Below, piece by piece: positions 62,210 through 64,000 of a stretch of DNA of 64,000 nt; position 1 is the first letter of the stretch, and each line of letters starts with the position of its first letter. Source of the DNA: a virus. Both the position numbers and the translations under genes were made by a program. The notes under the pieces are model-generated. The model did not search any database. It had not been told where the DNA came from and worked only from the letters and a program-made list of their open reading frames with translations. The DNA is taken from positions 1 to 64,000 of IMG/VR virus record IMGVR_UViG_3300049912_000012; one strand, written 5' to 3'.

Positions 62210-62399
62210 AGATACTTATATAACAAAAAGGCAACTACAACACAGATTAGATGATGCTGAATATATGATAGATTATTTAAAACGATATTATAAAAATCTA
62301 GAAAATGATAATAAGATACTGTCGCAACAATTAACTAATTGGGATAGAAAATATTGTGAATTGTTAAATAAAAAGAAATGGTATCAATTCTGGAGATAA
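62190..62399 (+). CDS. Coiled-coil protein ending KKKWYQFWR (paralog of 36886..37086)
   Basis: Protein similarity. Confidence 0.7.
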   Translation: MNTMKHKDTYITKRQLQHRLDDAEYMIDYLKRYYKNLENDNKILSQQLTNWDRKYCELLNKKKWYQFWR

Positions 62400-63296
62400 A
62401 TGGAAAGAGGTAAAGTAAATAAACCCGATCTTTTGCTTACAGGTGACTGGCATCTTCGTGAAGATACACCTACCTGCTTTACTGGCGATTTTCAAAAGGA
62501 ACAGTGGGATGCTGTGCAGTTTATTTCCGAGTTACAAGAGAAGTACGATATTCCTGTTATTTGTTCAGGTGATTTATTCCATCATTGGAAACCGTCTCCT
62601 TGGTTGTTATCCCAAACTTTATGGTATCTTCCTAATAAATTCTGTACTATTTATGGACAACATGATCTCCCGCAACACAACTGGGACCTACGAGAGAAAA
62701 GTGGAATACATACTTTACAGATGGCAGGTAAATTATACGTACTGCCTGGGTGTCATTATGGAGAAACACCAGAAGATATGTTTGAAAATCATCTATCCAC
62801 TCAAAGTATAATGAATTTCAATACAGATGAAGCTACTCTTGTATGGCATCATCTTACTTACATTACTGAGCCATACCCAGGAGCGACAGGAGGCAATGCT
62901 TATGATATATTGAACAAGTATAAGCAGTTTAAGCTTATCGTAACTGGAGATAATCATTGCTCGTTTACTATTGAAAAAGATGGCAGGAGATTAGTAAATA
63001 CAGGTAATCTTACAAGACAAACAGCAGCACAGATAGATTTTAAACCTTGTGTATGGCTATGGTATGCTGAGAGCAATACAGTAGAGCAAGTATTCCTGCC
63101 TATCGAAGAGGGAGTTGTCAGCAGAGAACATTTGCAGGTTAAAGAAGAAAGGAATGAACGAATTGATGCTTTTATCTCAAAACTTTCGGGAGATTATAAG
63201 ACAGAGTTGTCTTTTGAAGCAAATTTAGAATCTTTCTTTCAAGCTAATGAAGTTAAAGAATCAGTGAGGCGAATTGTATACAAAGCAATCGAATGA
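62400..63296 (+). CDS. SbcD/Mre11-like metallophosphoesterase nuclease
   Basis: GDWH, GDLF, GQHD, GDNH, NTGN..R. Confidence 0.88.
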   Translation: MERGKVNKPDLLLTGDWHLREDTPTCFTGDFQKEQWDAVQFISELQEKYDIPVICSGDLFHHWKPSPWLLSQTLWYLPNKFCTIYGQHDLPQHNWDLREKSGIHTLQMAGKLYVLPGCHYGETPEDMFENHLSTQSIMNFNTDEATLVWHHLTYITEPYPGATGGNAYDILNKYKQFKLIVTGDNHCSFTIEKDGRRLVNTGNLTRQTAAQIDFKPCVWLWYAESNTVEQVFLPIEEGVVSREHLQVKEERNERIDAFISKLSGDYKTELSFEANLESFFQANEVKESVRRIVYKAIE

Positions 63297-63489
63297 TGAC
63301 ATTAACCTTATTTAAAGCCTACGTTATTGCATGGAACACTCCCTTGAGAGAGTCAGTACATCAGATGAGTCCTATTATCCTGTTAAGGAACGCACATCCT
63401 ACGTATCGTGGGGTATTTGCTTCACAACTGTTAGAAGCTGGATATATTACAAAATTTGAAGCATCAGAATTTATAACTACCGTAGGCAG

Positions 63490-63720
63490 ATGAAGACAGA
63501 GAACGAATTATTAAAGTTAAAGTCAGACATTGACAGGGCGAAGATAACTGTATCAGAGTTAAACGGTCAGCTAACAGCTTTAAAGTCACAGTTGAAAGAA
63601 TGGGATTGCAAGACTGTTGAAGAGGCAGAGAAGAAACTAAAAGAGATGGAACAGTCTATAAGCAATTTTGATGTTAAAATTGCTGAAGGGGTAAAAGAAC
63701 TGGAGGAGAAGTATCAATGA
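63490..63720 (+). CDS. Small coiled-coil protein of the SbcCD cluster
   Basis: 76-aa heptad-rich ORF. Confidence 0.55.
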   Translation: MKTENELLKLKSDIDRAKITVSELNGQLTALKSQLKEWDCKTVEEAEKKLKEMEQSISNFDVKIAEGVKELEEKYQ

Positions 63721-63888
63721 AAGGACAAAAGAAATTAAAATTAGTATTGATTAATTTTTTATCTAATCCTGATATAGAGATATTAGATTGGAGTTTAGAA
63801 AATGAGACAGTAGACGAACAATTAAATACTAATCCTTGGCTTTGGAAAAAAGAAACTGGAAAAAAGTTATTAAAAATTACTACAACTA

Positions 63889-64000
63889 ATGTCCGTACAA
63901 ACTCTTAGAAACCGCCTTGAACAGCAAAAAGGAGCAAAGTTATCAGTAGAGCGATCTTTAACTACTCTTCAGTCAGAACTTGAGGCAGCAAGATTCTCTT
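63889..64000 (+). CDS. Partial ORF, probable C-terminal half of split SbcC
   Basis: Hand translation MSVQTLRNRLEQQKGAKLSVERSL... (coiled coil), runs off the window; assignment from context only. Confidence 0.4.
   Translation, partial: MSVQTLRNRLEQQKGAKLSVERSLTTLQSELEAARFS

Noticed and set aside
1-64000. tRNA genes, integrase, alternative genetic code
   Set aside because: No cloverleaf or recombinase recognised by eye; core genes are full length under the standard code.

Overview
A 64 kb segment of an AT-rich tailed dsDNA phage (Caudoviricetes). The host is most likely Bacteroidota: there are TAnnTTTG-like promoters, most genes lack a Shine-Dalgarno, the signal peptides are Bacteroidales-style, and D-S/T-x sequons occur in the exported proteins. 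The window has two divergent arms. The minus arm (35.9 kb to 1) runs: TerS, TerL, an ECF-like sigma factor, a 13 kb insert of fibre, adhesin and carbohydrate-enzyme genes (three with Sec signal peptides, four sharing a ~50-aa module), portal, gp7-like protein, fibre genes, DUF2213 protease with a nested scaffold, decoration protein, encapsulin-like major capsid protein (MCP), GIY-YIG endonuclease, and then at least 14 tightly coupled glycan-biosynthesis genes. The plus arm (36.1 to 64 kb) has many small early ORFs, SNF2 helicase, a second sigma-like protein, a lysozyme-like protein, a ParB-like protein, a GIY-YIG fusion, NinB-like, HNH, C5 methyltransferase, a replication initiator with internal iterons, DnaB, RuvC-like resolvase and a split SbcCD. 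The non-coding signals found by reading are: (i) three sequence-divergent but structurally matching pseudoknot/kissing RNA leaders; (ii) a 24-bp palindrome in at least 9 copies; (iii) a ~1.56 kb stretch with no AGA on the + strand, beside a region enriched in CCWGG/CCGG, probably the first-injected end. All calls come from manual reading and motif recognition, without database searches.
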